Shown one piece after another: positions 36,719 through 48,579 of a stretch of 64,000 nt of DNA. The notes beneath the pieces were generated by a model. It worked only from the letters and a program-made list of their open reading frames with translations. It was not told the origin of the DNA and did no database searches. The translations under genes were made by a program, and so were the position numbers. The DNA is taken from assembly GCF_964204645.1 (NCBI RefSeq), contig NC_134026.1, positions 11,555,950 to 11,619,949 on the forward strand, in the 5' to 3' direction. Source of the stretch: Tubulanus polymorphus (lineage: Eukaryota > Animalia > Nemertea). Every line of letters begins with the position of its first letter. Within the stretch, counting starts at the first letter, position 1.

Positions 36719-38856
36719 AAATATAGCTGCAAAGCAGCGATAACGGGTTTTCTGCACAGTCTTAGAATCCTGTTCAACGGTCGATTTCGACAAAGCATTT
36801 GATAGGCACAACATAAGCCATTACTAAACCGGCTATTAGGAAACAGAATCAATGATAGGTCGCCCAAATGGCTCAGTAGTTACGAAAACTTGTAGCCGAC
36901 ATCAACGGAACGCCTCATCTCAAGTCGGTCTAACTAGTAGAGCATCCTAAGTCGTCTTCTGTTTAATGTCCTGACAAATGACATACACAGTAATCCAAAA
37001 AATACCAGACCGAGTAAATTTCCAAAACGAACTTAACACGCTGTTCGACCAAAAAACTTAATGTTCCGACAAGAAAATCTTGTTCGAGTGTAAACAATTC
37101 AGTTTGGTCGAACAATACGCTTTTTGTTTGAACCAAAACTCTCTTCATTCTGACAAAAAAATGTGTTCGAATGAAAAGCTATGTAATTGTTGAAATGAAA
37201 AGCTTTTTGTCCCGGCAAAAAAATTTGGTTGAGCGAAAACAATTTTTTCGAACGAATGTTTGAATGAAAACAATTCTGTTCGATTGAACGAAATAATTAA
37301 TACTTTTGGTGCGGAGAAAAAACTTTTTACAATATACTTGTTCGAAAGAAAAACTTAATGTTCTGAAAAGAAAATTCTGTTCAAATTAAAACGATTCTGT
37401 TCGATCGGACGATTGATCGAACGAAAAACCTTTCGTTTGGACAAAAAAAGTGTGTTCAACTTTGTTCTAACAATTTTTTCAAATTGGTTCAATCGAAAAG
37501 AATATTATTGGTTGGAACGAAATAAATTTTGTTGAAAAAACTCAAATGAAAAGTCTGGCTTATAAAGCTGTCTCCTCAGACGAAAATTTTCAAAAAAATC
37601 TTCATTTTTGTTAATAAAATTGATAATTGTGATTGATCGTTGCACGTCACAACCAGTTAATCACTAATTGACACGCATTTTAATAAATCTGATTCCTTCT
37701 TTACAGTGAACTTAGCTTTAACCTAGTAGAGGCTACTAGCCGATGTAGGCCTATGTATACGCGTAGGCCTAACATCCGGACAGATTGGTCGTAGGCCTAT
37801 TGAATAACAACCCACCTAAATATCGTAAATTTTGTTTTGAAGTTCAATCCAATGAGTCCGTTAATAAACGCAACAATTATACTGTGTTTGTTTGAGACAG
37901 TAAAGCTCAGTACCGGTAGGCCTAAAGCCGCGTAAAACTCGATAAACACTTCAAGCGACACAGCGAACGATCACCTTTCTCCCACAGCGAACGCTTACTC
38001 CGAACGTCAAGTGTGAGTGAGTCCAGCATACGGAAAGGAGTGTGTTATATATACTTGTATTTAATAAGTACCTTGTGCATTTGACAATGATCGGTATGTA
38101 CTGTAGGAAATATAGAGAATTGATTGTATTGATATAGAGGTTGAAGCCCGCGGCCGAATTAAGTAATATATTCTGTTATTTTGATACCTCGTCGACATAA
38201 CAGCTTTTCTCCGCTATATCTCTTCGGCGTGTTTAGTTTAGGCCTACGACTCCCCGGTACACTAAAGATTTATCTTAGTAAATACACGGTAAATTTGGTA
38301 AAGAAAAATAGGTATTGTTAAACTAACTCCTTGAAACCCGCAGCCAAATCACTCGTAGTAACAAATTAATTTGTACTCGATTTGATTCTCATGATGAGGA
38401 GAAACTCGCAGCTGATCCCCGGAACGTCGATTCGTCGATGTTTACGGCTCGACAGTGCTTTTAAAATCAAAAGTAGTAAATTCCCAGTGTATCGGTAATA
38501 TGATTTGATGAGGAAAATGGGCTATTGTTAAAATTACGGTTTGAAGACCGCGGCTGAATGTGAAGTCTGCGGCAATAAATTAGTTCATTTATACTTGAAT
38601 TGACAATCGAAGTGACAATCGGCCTGCAGGTTGATTTCGGGATGACGACTCGAAAAACATGTCGCCCCATTGAATGGGGCTAAAATGTCGATGTTTACGG
38701 TCCGACAGTGCTTTTGTAACGATGATTCGTGAAAAAACACGCAGAGTATTTGTAGATCTCAGTGAGCTGAACGATATCATACGGATTGTATCGACAACAG
38801 CGGCAAGGTAACAAAGCCTTAGTTCTTTTAGTGAAAATAGTGTGACATAAAATAAT
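36719..38856 (-). mobile_element. HINE family A body, degenerate TTCGAA-rich core
   Basis: Begins ATATAGCTGCAAAGCAGCGATAACGGGTTTTCTG. Reverse complement of the 5807-7975 flanks with a different central array (37040-37530). Confidence 0.75.
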
Positions 38857-38882
38857 AAGTATAGCTGCAAAGCAGCGATAAC

Positions 38883-39476
38883 AGTAATAGGGGTAATGGG
38901 CTTTCAGGCCAAAGGTCGAACGGTCGAGCTCATTAAAAAACAAAACATTAAAAGTAATTTAAAACTATAATATATTTTCATAACCGTGTGCATTTTATAT
39001 TATAACTAAATATTTATTCTAAGATATCAATAATTTAAATTTTAAATGCATATTGTATTAAATCAATTGGTCGCTCCACTTCGCTACCACTCCGCTCCGC
39101 GAACAATTGATTTATTTACAATACACATATTCATATAATCAAATATATTTTAATAATAATAATTATTCTATTATTCAACTGAAATACACACGGCTATTAA
39201 AATATATTATAGTTTTAAATTACTTTTAATATTTGTTTTTAATGAACTCGACCATTCAACCTCTAACCTGAAAGCCCATTACCCCTATTACTCTTAAAAT
39301 AATCATATAAATGAATAACATTTAAATTGAAAGATTATTCAATATAAAAGTATATATTTACAACATTATTTCAATATTCATATTTGTATGAGTTAGATTT
39401 TTAAACATTAAAAGTGTTAGTAAAGTGTGATTGAAATAATACATGATATAAATCATTGAACTTCTAAAATCAATTT
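38883..39476 (+). repeat. Polinton left TIR, containing a ~410-bp internal hairpin (38883-39292)
   Basis: Reverse complement of 55698-56259. The terminal sequence reappears inverted at 39267-39292. Confidence 0.93.
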
Positions 39477-39498
39477 AGTAAAAAAATATGTATAATAA

Positions 39499-40152
39499 AT
39501 GGAATCAGAACAACCACAAACTATAAATATAACAAATAACACTGGCGTCATAAATATATACTACAAGAAGTGTTCTAAATGTAAATTAGATAAATTAGCT
39601 ATAACAGAATTTAATAAGCGTAAGATTAGCAAAGATGGTTTTCAATATTTCTGTAAAACTTGTTTTAAACTATATACCAAACAATATCGAGAAGATAATA
39701 TAGAACATTATAATTATTATATGGCAGAATATATGAGAGTAAGATATCAAACACATCTTAATTTTAGATTGAAACAATGCTTAAGATCTAGATTAACACA
39801 ATTATTCAACAAAGAAACGCATTCAGAAACACTATCTAATTTATTGGGTTGTTCAGATGAATTTTTCATATCATGGATAATATATCAATTCGACGATAAA
39901 ATGAATATAGATAATTATGGTGAATACTTTCATATTGATCATGTGTTGCCGATTTCTAAATTTAACATGAATGATGAATACAATAAAAAACTTATTTGGA
40001 ATTGGAAGAATCTAAAACCTTTAGAAAAGAAGGAAAACATAATTAAATCTAATAAACTAGATATGAAATTATATTTAGATCAACTGGATAAAGCAAAGAC
40101 ATTTGTTGAATTATGGAACTCAACACATAATGAAAAATACGTTGAAGCTTAA
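39499..40152 (+). CDS. Zn-ribbon plus HNH endonuclease of NCLDV-like type
   Basis: CSKC...CKTC, LRSRL, LLGCS, NYG..FHIDHVLP..F....NWKNLKPL...N..KSN. Intact 217 aa. Confidence 0.75.
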   Translation: MESEQPQTINITNNTGVINIYYKKCSKCKLDKLAITEFNKRKISKDGFQYFCKTCFKLYTKQYREDNIEHYNYYMAEYMRVRYQTHLNFRLKQCLRSRLTQLFNKETHSETLSNLLGCSDEFFISWIIYQFDDKMNIDNYGEYFHIDHVLPISKFNMNDEYNKKLIWNWKNLKPLEKKENIIKSNKLDMKLYLDQLDKAKTFVELWNSTHNEKYVEA

Positions 40153-40578
40153 GCGCTTAGAAAACCGGTTACTCTCGATCTATGTCAAACCGCCTATATG
40201 TAATTGTATTAGCTCTTTGCATCTGTCGCACGTTATATTCAGTTGAATGGGGTGTATCTCATTTGAATATTGATCGAATGTGCTATTTCAGTTGAAAAGG
40301 ATTAATCAATTACATCACAAAGGAACATCTGTTACAATCCAGGCAAACGTGCAGGAATAATTAGTTTGGACGAACGTGTGCCACGTCGGCAGTTAGAAAT
40401 CAACTTTCACATACATAGTACGTATTGGATATTCTCTCTCAAAATACAGTTTACAGTTCTAAATCTAAGTGTAAGTACCGTTTTTTGTAGTTATTATGAA
40501 GTAGGGAAACCTTTGAACATATTTAAGTACAGTAATTCATTTTTCAGTAATTCATTCATCGACATCTTTTAGATTAAA

Positions 40579-41001
40579 ATGGAATACAGAGATCAACCAG
40601 AAATTCCAAGCCAACCAACGGATGAGGAACCAGAAACGACGGATAGTGAAACACAGGAATCAATAGAAATGGAGGATAAAACTCTCGTAATTGACGAACA
40701 AACTTCACAAAAATTACAAGAACATTTGGACTATCATCAAGAAATGGTGAAAATTCTGAGTGATGTAATACATAATAAACAATTACCGCGCGAACTACAA
40801 TTACCAAAATTACCAGCAACGCGACTTAAATTGCTGTTTGGACTCAAAGAATCGAAAACTAAGAAAATGAGTGGAGATATCAGTGCCGGTTTTGAAAGAA
40901 AACTGAGAAGAGTAGGTAGATTAATAAAATATGAAAAATTCAAAATATTAGGATTAGCATTTAGTGAAGTAGTCAGATATTTACCGGAAATTGAAAAATG
41001 A
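40579..41001 (+). CDS. Polinton hypothetical protein
   Basis: 140-aa ORF with TAAAATG start and acidic N-terminus. Confidence 0.45.
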   Translation: MEYRDQPEIPSQPTDEEPETTDSETQESIEMEDKTLVIDEQTSQKLQEHLDYHQEMVKILSDVIHNKQLPRELQLPKLPATRLKLLFGLKESKTKKMSGDISAGFERKLRRVGRLIKYEKFKILGLAFSEVVRYLPEIEK

Positions 41002-41865
41002 TTGGAAACAATCCAGTAATTAAAGAATTCTGGACAAAATTATAAATTATAACACTGAAGGTCTTGGATATCAAAAAATGTAATCTCGATTGTATATATC
41101 TGTTTTAATATTGATTGTTTACTGTTAACTAAGTATTGCGCAATAACCGGTCCGATTGAACCGCTTTTCTATTGTTCTCCATTGTTCTATTATCGATCGT
41201 TGTTAATGGCGGCGGTTGTTCTGTATTGATTGTTTACTGTTAACTAAGTATTGCGCAATAACCGATTGGACCGCTTTTCTATTGTTCTCCATTGTTCTAT
41301 TATTGATCGTTGTTGACGGAAACAGCTGCTCAATATTGATTGGTTACAGTTCTATGTTTGAATGTTGTAGTTTACAGAATAAAAATATAACTGTGTATTG
41401 CGCAATAACCGATTGGACCGCTTTTCTATTGTTCTCCATTGTTCTATTATCGATCGCTAAAATTTGTATAAAAAATATATGTGTTTATGAAATAGTAATT
41501 CCACCAGTCGTTTCTTTGAATTTATTTTCAGTTTGAGGATTTATTATCGAGGATCCGAAATGACTTATCTGGACAGTTATAATTACTGCTCCTAATAGAT
41601 AGACAATAGTAGTGAGATATTAAATCCTAATTTAAATAAAATATAATAAAAAAACAATAACTTCAACTGCTAGTGAATTCTATTATATTTTTAATATTTT
41701 CTTTTCAAAAAGAGAATACTTTATATTTTGAATAGATTCAAATAGAAATTCTTTAAATTCAAATAGCTAGTATCAGTAGTCAATACTAGAATTCTTTAGC
41801 TTTAACTAGCTAGTATCATTTGAAGAATACTTATAATATTTTTTTTGCTTTTTTCTCTAATATAA

Positions 41866-42469
41866 ATGTCAAAGAAATCTAATAAGAATAGTATTGATAT
41901 TGAAAAAAACATTAGATGATTTGGGTATAAGTGATAATAAAGATACAGTTGTAACTAATTGTGCTCAAGTTAATTGTAATATAGATTATGAATACTATTT
42001 ATATTGTGAGCATCATCTTGAATTATTAATTGCTGGCGGGAAATCTAAGGATTTCTTGGGAAAAATAATAACTTTTCAAGAATTAGATGCTATGAAACCA
42101 GATAAAGTAATAAAATATTTTGAGATTTATGAAGAAGCAAGATTAGCCCGAATAAATGATTCTATTTCAGATGGTATTGTCAAATGTTACTCTAAGTTAT
42201 GTAACCAGTTAATACCAATTGATGACGAAAATAAATTATATAGTGATTTGAAAAATGACTACTTAGTTATGACTGAATTACAAAAATGGGTCGGTTATGC
42301 TTCATTCCAATTAGGATCGGTTATGACATTAATTTCTACTGGCGTCATAACATTTTCGAACATCAAACCTATGGAATATAAATCAGGTAAGAACGAAACA
42401 GATGTACTACAACCAAACACCGAAACAGAAAATGAATCAGAACAAAAATTAACTAAAATAAATGAGTGA
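41866..42469 (+). CDS. Polinton/adintovirus hypothetical protein (5' frameshift)
   Basis: TAAATG start at 41866 joins ORF 41894-42469 (GKSKDFLG...DLKND). Confidence 0.6.
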
Positions 42470-42829
42470 TGGATTTAAGAAAAAGGCTAGATCCGAGAAA
42501 CAAATTAAATGGGCAAGAGAATTAGGTAAAAGATCTTCAGAATTAAAAAAAGCTAAGAAAAAGAAATTAACTGATTAAATGAATCACAGAAATTATCTGA
42601 TATTGATTCAAATAATAATCCATCTGATTCTTCTAATGCTGGACGTAATTATGAATTATATATTACAATTGGATTAGTAACAGTTATTATATTATCCGGT
42701 GTAATATATAAATCAAAATTCAAATCTGATGATAAAGATGATTCCAATGACAATAAACCTATTATATCAGAAAATACGTCAAATCATAAGGCCATTGAAA
42801 CTAAATCTAAATTATTATTAATGGATTAA
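42462..42829 (+). pseudogene. Small basic protein with a TM segment (frameshifted)
   Basis: TAAATG start; SEKQIKWARELGKRS and LYITIGLVTVIILSGVIY. Confidence 0.5.
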
Positions 42830-42835
42830 AAGAAG

Positions 42836-43932
42836 ATGAAAAAAAGAACAATATTTAAGATATTTATATTATAACCCAGAAAGTGAAGTATCATATTCTA
42901 ACGTTACAGAATTATGGAATAAAATTAAATCTGATAAGGAAAATGGTAATGGTGCCGTATGGCACCCACACGGTGATATAAAATATAGCGAATTGAACAT
43001 ATCAAATCCACAAGAAAATGGATAAAACTTATTTAACAAGAAAAGTTATGGTTTCATATATCGATCAACAATGGCAAGCAGATTTAATTGACATGAAGAA
43101 CTTAGAGGAATACAACAAAGGATATTTCTGGATATTAAATGTTATAGACATATTCAGTAGATACGCATGGTCAATTCCAATCAAAAATAAAACTGGTATA
43201 GAAGTAACAAATGCTTTTAAATCAATATTTAAAGAAGCTATTCCAGATAAGATACAATTTGATGAAGGTAAGGAATTTTATATCAAACATTTTAAAAAAC
43301 TATTATCTGATAACGATGTAAAATATTTTTCAACACATTCAGATAAAAAAGCATCTATTATAGAAAGATTTAATAAAACATTGAAAACTAGAATGTGGAA
43401 ATATTTTACTGCTAATGAAACATATAAATATATCGATGTGTTAGATGATTTGGTGAAAGGTTATAATAATTCTAAACATAGTTCTATAAATATGAAACCT
43501 ATACAAGCTAGAAAAGAAGATAATTCGGAAATAGTTTGGAATAATTTGTATGGTGTGTTTGTTACACATGATTTCGGTGAACCTAAATTCAAAATTGGAC
43601 AACACGTAAGAATATCTAAATATAGAAAAACATTTTATAAAGGTTATACCCCAAATTTTACAGAAGAAATATTTAAAATTAAAAAGATAATATTAACTAA
43701 ACCTTTTGTTTGTAAATTAGAAGATATAAAAGATGAAGAAATATTAGGTTATTTCTATGAACAAGAATTATCACTTGTACCAAATCCAGATGAAATAGAA
43801 TACAAAATAGAAAAAGTATTGAAAACAAGAACTCTTAAAGGAAAAAAGTATTCTTTGGTGAAATATAAAGGATATGATGATAAATTTAATGAATGGATTT
43901 TATCTAGTGAAATTAAAAGAATAAATGAATAA
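42836..43932 (+). CDS. Retroviral-type (rve) integrase with C-terminal chromodomain; N-terminus frameshifted
   Basis: LYYNP, WQADLIDM, IDIFSRYAW, QFDEGKEF, IERFNKTLK; chromodomain YKIEKVLK..LVKYKGY...FNEW. Confidence 0.93.
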
Positions 43933-44521
43933 AGATTTATTTATATTTGAACCGCATAATATGTTAGTTACTGGTGTAACCAATTGTGGTAAAACACATT
44001 TCATATTAGATTTGTTAGAAACTATTTATAAGAATCATTTTGATAATATAATATTATTCTGTCCTACTTATGAAATGAATAGAACATATAATAGAGATAT
44101 AGTTAAGATAAAAAAGTTTATTATATTAGATCCTAAAACAGTAAAAGAAAATTTAGATAATTGTATTAAGATAGCAATTGATACTTATAAAGGATGAAAT
44201 ACATTATTCATTGTAGATGATTGCGCAAATTTACATGATTCAAAAGTTAGAGAAAGTGAGTTATGTTATCTAGCTTTCTCTGGGAGACATTTTGGGATAA
44301 CAACATGGGTTTTAAATCAAAAATATAATTCAATTGTTAAAGACTTTAGGGAGAATATAAGATTTCTAGTTTTATTTTATAACAAAGATAAAAAATCTAT
44401 GCAACAATCATCGGAAGAAAATCAAATTATACCTACTGAATTACATGATGAATATATGAATAAATTAAAGAATAATAAAGATTCAAAATTATTACTGAGA
44501 TTACAATTTCCATATGAATAA
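43925..44521 (+). pseudogene. A32/FtsK-like packaging ATPase (in-frame TGA at 44195-44197)
   Basis: Walker A GVTNCGKT. After the stop come Walker B LFIVDD, then SGRH and LNQKY. Confidence 0.88.
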
Positions 44522-44895
44522 AAATTTATAAAATAACTATTTGTATACCTATGTATTAGATACCCCAATACATGATACCCTATTAGATACCCTAATACCT
44601 GATACCCTATTAGATACCTTAAATACTTAAAACCCCCTTTTTTAAAATAAATATTTTTTATACAATTTTCAACCAATTTATTTTTATTTTATCAACTAAT
44701 ATATGAATAAGTTTGAAATAATAAAGGTTATTTATTATTACTGAGGTTTCAATTTCCATATGAATATCAGTTTATAAAATAAGATATTTTATGTATTTGA
44801 TTGTATTAGATATGTATTAGATATGTATTAGATACCTTAAATACTTAAAACCCCCTTTTTTATTTACTATTATTTTATACAATTTTCAACCAATA
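44480..44895. repeat. Duplicated convergent intergenic block with short GATACC repeats (possible terminator region)
   Basis: GATACCTTAAATACTTAAAACCCCCTTTTT occurs near 44614 and at 44831. Lies where the + and - gene blocks converge. Confidence 0.6.
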
Positions 44896-44919
44896 TTATT
44901 ATTTGTGTTAAATATAATT

Positions 44920-45774
44920 AATATTTCAATCACTTTCACTATCAGACCCTAACAATTTATTCAAATTCTCTACCGTATCATCGTCAATAGTTGTTTTATT
45001 TTTATACTTTTTCATCCTTTCTACCGCATCATCAATAGTTTCTTCTTTATGTTTCATAGAATGTTTATTATCAATATCTGTAACTATATCACCATGTGGG
45101 TGCCGTATGGCACCATTTTCATTATTATCTTTATTAGTGTTTGCTCCTAATATTTCATTTACAGTGTTTGGTTTTAATATTTCATTAGCATAGGTTAGAT
45201 CTAATTCATCTTTATTAGGTGTTGCTAATAATAAATCTTCATATATTTTTTCACCATTTACTTTTTGATTTGAAACAAACTTTGTAACCTATCTAAATGG
45301 GTGTTCTATAAATTCTTTTAAACCAACACGTTCTATAACATTATTTATATGTACCCTTGTATTCATATGTTTATTCCAATTTGATGTAGCGTTTGAAAAT
45401 TCACTTTTACAATATCCACAATAATTTCTATTTTCACTAACATTTAATATTATTTCATTATTAGATGTAGAAGGTATTACATTATTAGATGTAGAAGGTA
45501 TTACATTATTAGATGTAGAAGGTATTACATTATTAGATGTAGAAGGTATTGCGTTATTAGATGTAGAAGGTATTACATTATTATCAATTACATTACTTAA
45601 ATTATCAACAACACCACTTTTATTATTATCGATTTCTATTAGTTTAGTTTTATAAATTTTGAAAATAGGATCAAATATCAAAGCTATATTACAAGGTATT
45701 ACATAATATAAACCATCATTATTTTCATGTGTATCGATGTACGGAATATGTTTATATACTTTACCTCCTTCCAT
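44920..45774 (-). CDS. Hypothetical protein with 8-aa repeats (NNVIPSTS) and a C2H2-like finger; continues past the stop at 45289
   Basis: ORF 45289-45774 (CGYC...H....H). The downstream frame stays mostly open to ~44920. Confidence 0.55.
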
Positions 45775-45806
45775 TTATTATATAAATTTTTATTAAAGTT
45801 AAAATT

Positions 45807-47054
45807 TTAATACATAACACTATTTAATTGAGAATTTACAATATTTAATTGCGCGTCAGATATAATATAAATGTGCATTTTAAGATTTTTGATTCCTTTA
45901 TTCTTTGTCATGAATAATTGTATTCCATCTTTAGTGTTCTGTAATTTTTTTCCAGAACCATGTAATGAATTATCCTCTGTTGTTCTAAAATCTAACCATA
46001 ATGCATATTTATTACCGGTATAATAATCAATTTGATTAATATTACAATTTTCAGATGATTTCACATTTTCATTCATAAAATGTTTTCTAATTTCTGGCCA
46101 TTGATTAATCATTCTCATTCCTTGACAAAATATTTTATTTGCTATTCCTTCGATAGTTATTTCTACTTTTGTTATTTCAGGATTATAATGATTATCAACA
46201 TTTATTGCACCATTAGTATATGTTGCAATGGTAAAAAATATTAATACACCTTTAATAGATCTTCTTGGGAAGTTAATATTCTCATTAATAATTTCATCAT
46301 TTGCATTAATAGTTACGGTTTTAAATTTATCAATGTAATCATATAATAATGAAAATCCTTGATTGTATTGAGTTTGAATTATACTTGAAATATTTTCATC
46401 AGTTACTGTATCATATTCTAAACATATATTCGATAATTTATAACCCATATCTTTAACAACGCTAGATAATACAATTTCATTTACAGGAGCAAATGTTATT
46501 TCGAATATAACATCTTCTTGAATTGCGTATTTATATAAAGGTGCATTATTATTTATCAATTCAAAGTCTAATGGAATTTTATATTTGCTTCCATATATAC
46601 TTTTTATCAATTTATCTACAGCATTAGTTAATATTGCATTATGTGCTTCTGATCTTAATTTATTTTGGTTTTCTGATTGGATTCCTTGAAATATCATATT
46701 ATTTCTGTTTTCTCTAGTTAACCATAAATCTTTATAATGCGTAAATAAATTATAATCATCTAATGAGAAAACTGTTTCGGGACCAATCTTTATTGTTAAC
46801 TTTTTAATCAAATATCTCCCAACATTATCAACAACATAATTATTATTATTACCGATTACTTTTATATCGGCTGATAAATAAATACTATTTGGAACATAAA
46901 AAGTATTTTGTGTCAATCGAGGAATTCTAACATATAAAGTTTCATCGGGATTAATATTAGAAGGGTTATGAGTAATTATATGATGAGATCTTTCTGCTTT
47001 AATAGCATTAGATATTCTATAATTCTTAGAAGGATTGATATAACTCCCACTCAT
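45807..47054 (-). CDS. Major capsid protein (double jelly-roll, hexon-like)
   Basis: Intact 415 aa. NPSNINPDETLYVRIPRL, IPLDF, NICLEYDTV, ALWLDFRT..D..LHGSG, as in adintovirus-type MCPs. Confidence 0.85.
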   Translation of the reverse strand: MSGSYINPSKNYRISNAIKAERSHHIITHNPSNINPDETLYVRIPRLTQNTFYVPNSIYLSADIKVIGNNNNYVVDNVGRYLIKKLTIKIGPETVFSLDDYNLFTHYKDLWLTRENRNNMIFQGIQSENQNKLRSEAHNAILTNAVDKLIKSIYGSKYKIPLDFELINNNAPLYKYAIQEDVIFEITFAPVNEIVLSSVVKDMGYKLSNICLEYDTVTDENISSIIQTQYNQGFSLLYDYIDKFKTVTINANDEIINENINFPRRSIKGVLIFFTIATYTNGAINVDNHYNPEITKVEITIEGIANKIFCQGMRMINQWPEIRKHFMNENVKSSENCNINQIDYYTGNKYALWLDFRTTEDNSLHGSGKKLQNTKDGIQLFMTKNKGIKNLKMHIYIISDAQLNIVNSQLNSVMY

Positions 47055-47094
47055 TTATTTAACAAAAAAATTGATTATTTATTTTTTATCATGT

Positions 47095-48562
47095 TTACTT
47101 GATATTTTTTGATATCATGTTTACTAGCCCAAAAATAATAGCACTTACAACTGTAATTAAAAATAAAATAATATGTTCAGCAGCAAAGTTAATAATGTTT
47201 CCTGCAGATTTCAATATAAAACCAACAATTGATGCAATAACTCCTGGCAATGCTGCAGCAGATTTTTTAGATAGTTCCCATAAATATTTTGCTAATTTCT
47301 TTAAACCATCTTTAACTTTATCTTGTATAGAATTATTATCATTCGGGGGTTTATCCGGTTTATTGGGAGTAGGAGTAGATTTCAAAGCATTTGATATTGC
47401 TAAACCAATTGTTGTAAATAACATAGTTACAGCTGTTAGAATTGAACGAATTGTTATTCCTTCTGATTTAAATAATAATCTTATTCTATCTTTCAATGAT
47501 ATTTTAGAATTTGGTTTAATCAACAAATCTTTAACAACAACTTTTAATCTATTAATATTATAATCATATGATTTTAATAATATATCTCTTTCACCTTTCA
47601 GTACTTCTAAATTATCTTTTAAATTATCAATTTCTTTTTCTAAACGTAATTTTTTTTGCCTATATTCCATTTCATCAATTACTTGACGATCAAGATCAGA
47701 CTTGTTCCATTTCTTTATTCTTATCAGTTAATTCTTTTTCTAAATTTCTAATTTCAATATCTCTTATACTTTTATCATGCGCAATTTTATCAGATGCAAG
47801 TCTTATACTTTCAATTTCTCTAATTGCTTCAACAGAAAATATATTATTTAAATCTTCTAATTCTTGATCTGTTGCATCAAGTAATCCATTTGGTAAAAGT
47901 TTTTCGGTTTGAACTTCTCTTGAATTAGGTTTATTAGTTTTGGAAGTTATATTCTGTTCAGAAGTTGTTTCTGTTTCTAAATTATTTTTGATTGTTTCAA
48001 ATAATTCATTAATTCTTTGTTTAAATACTCTTTTATTTTGATTTATTTCTTCTTGTGTTACATCTTCTATTTCATTACTATTTCTTATTCTCTTAATTCT
48101 AGATGTGTCAAACTTAAGCAAAGTTGATTTTGCTATTATTTTTTCTTCTTTTTTATTAGAGATATTAATATAATAATCCGAATCATCTTTCAACCTATAA
48201 TAATATTCACCATCTAAAAATTTTAATTCTTTTACTAAAAGTCTGGCGCCTCTATAATTTATATTATATCCAGATTCTTCAAATACATGTTGGAACTTAT
48301 ATATAAATTCATAATTTTCTATATTTTCTCTTTCTAAATCTGGATTTAAATTTTCAATAGGTATTCTCGATCTAGTTCTTCTATCATGTTCATCTGTTGA
48401 TGGGGCTTTAGAACCACTATCTGCTAAATTAGAATTATACGCTGATTCATTACCATCATCATCAATATTATTATCAGCAGTCATATAATCATCATTGTTA
48501 GTATTGGCATCATCATTATTTCCCATGCCTTCCATTTCATAATCTTTTCCACCTTCTGCCAT
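47095..48562 (-). pseudogene. Adintovirus-type coiled-coil protein with C-terminal hydrophobic helices (split into two ORFs)
   Basis: ORFs 47696-48562 and 47095-47670; LF..EGITI.SILTA and AALPGVIASIV. Confidence 0.65.
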
Positions 48563-48579
48563 TTACATAATAAAAAATT

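Noticed and set aside
47099-47867. Plus-strand ORFs inside the Polinton minus-strand block
   Set aside because: Antisense shadows of the real minus-strand genes, without TAAATG starts.
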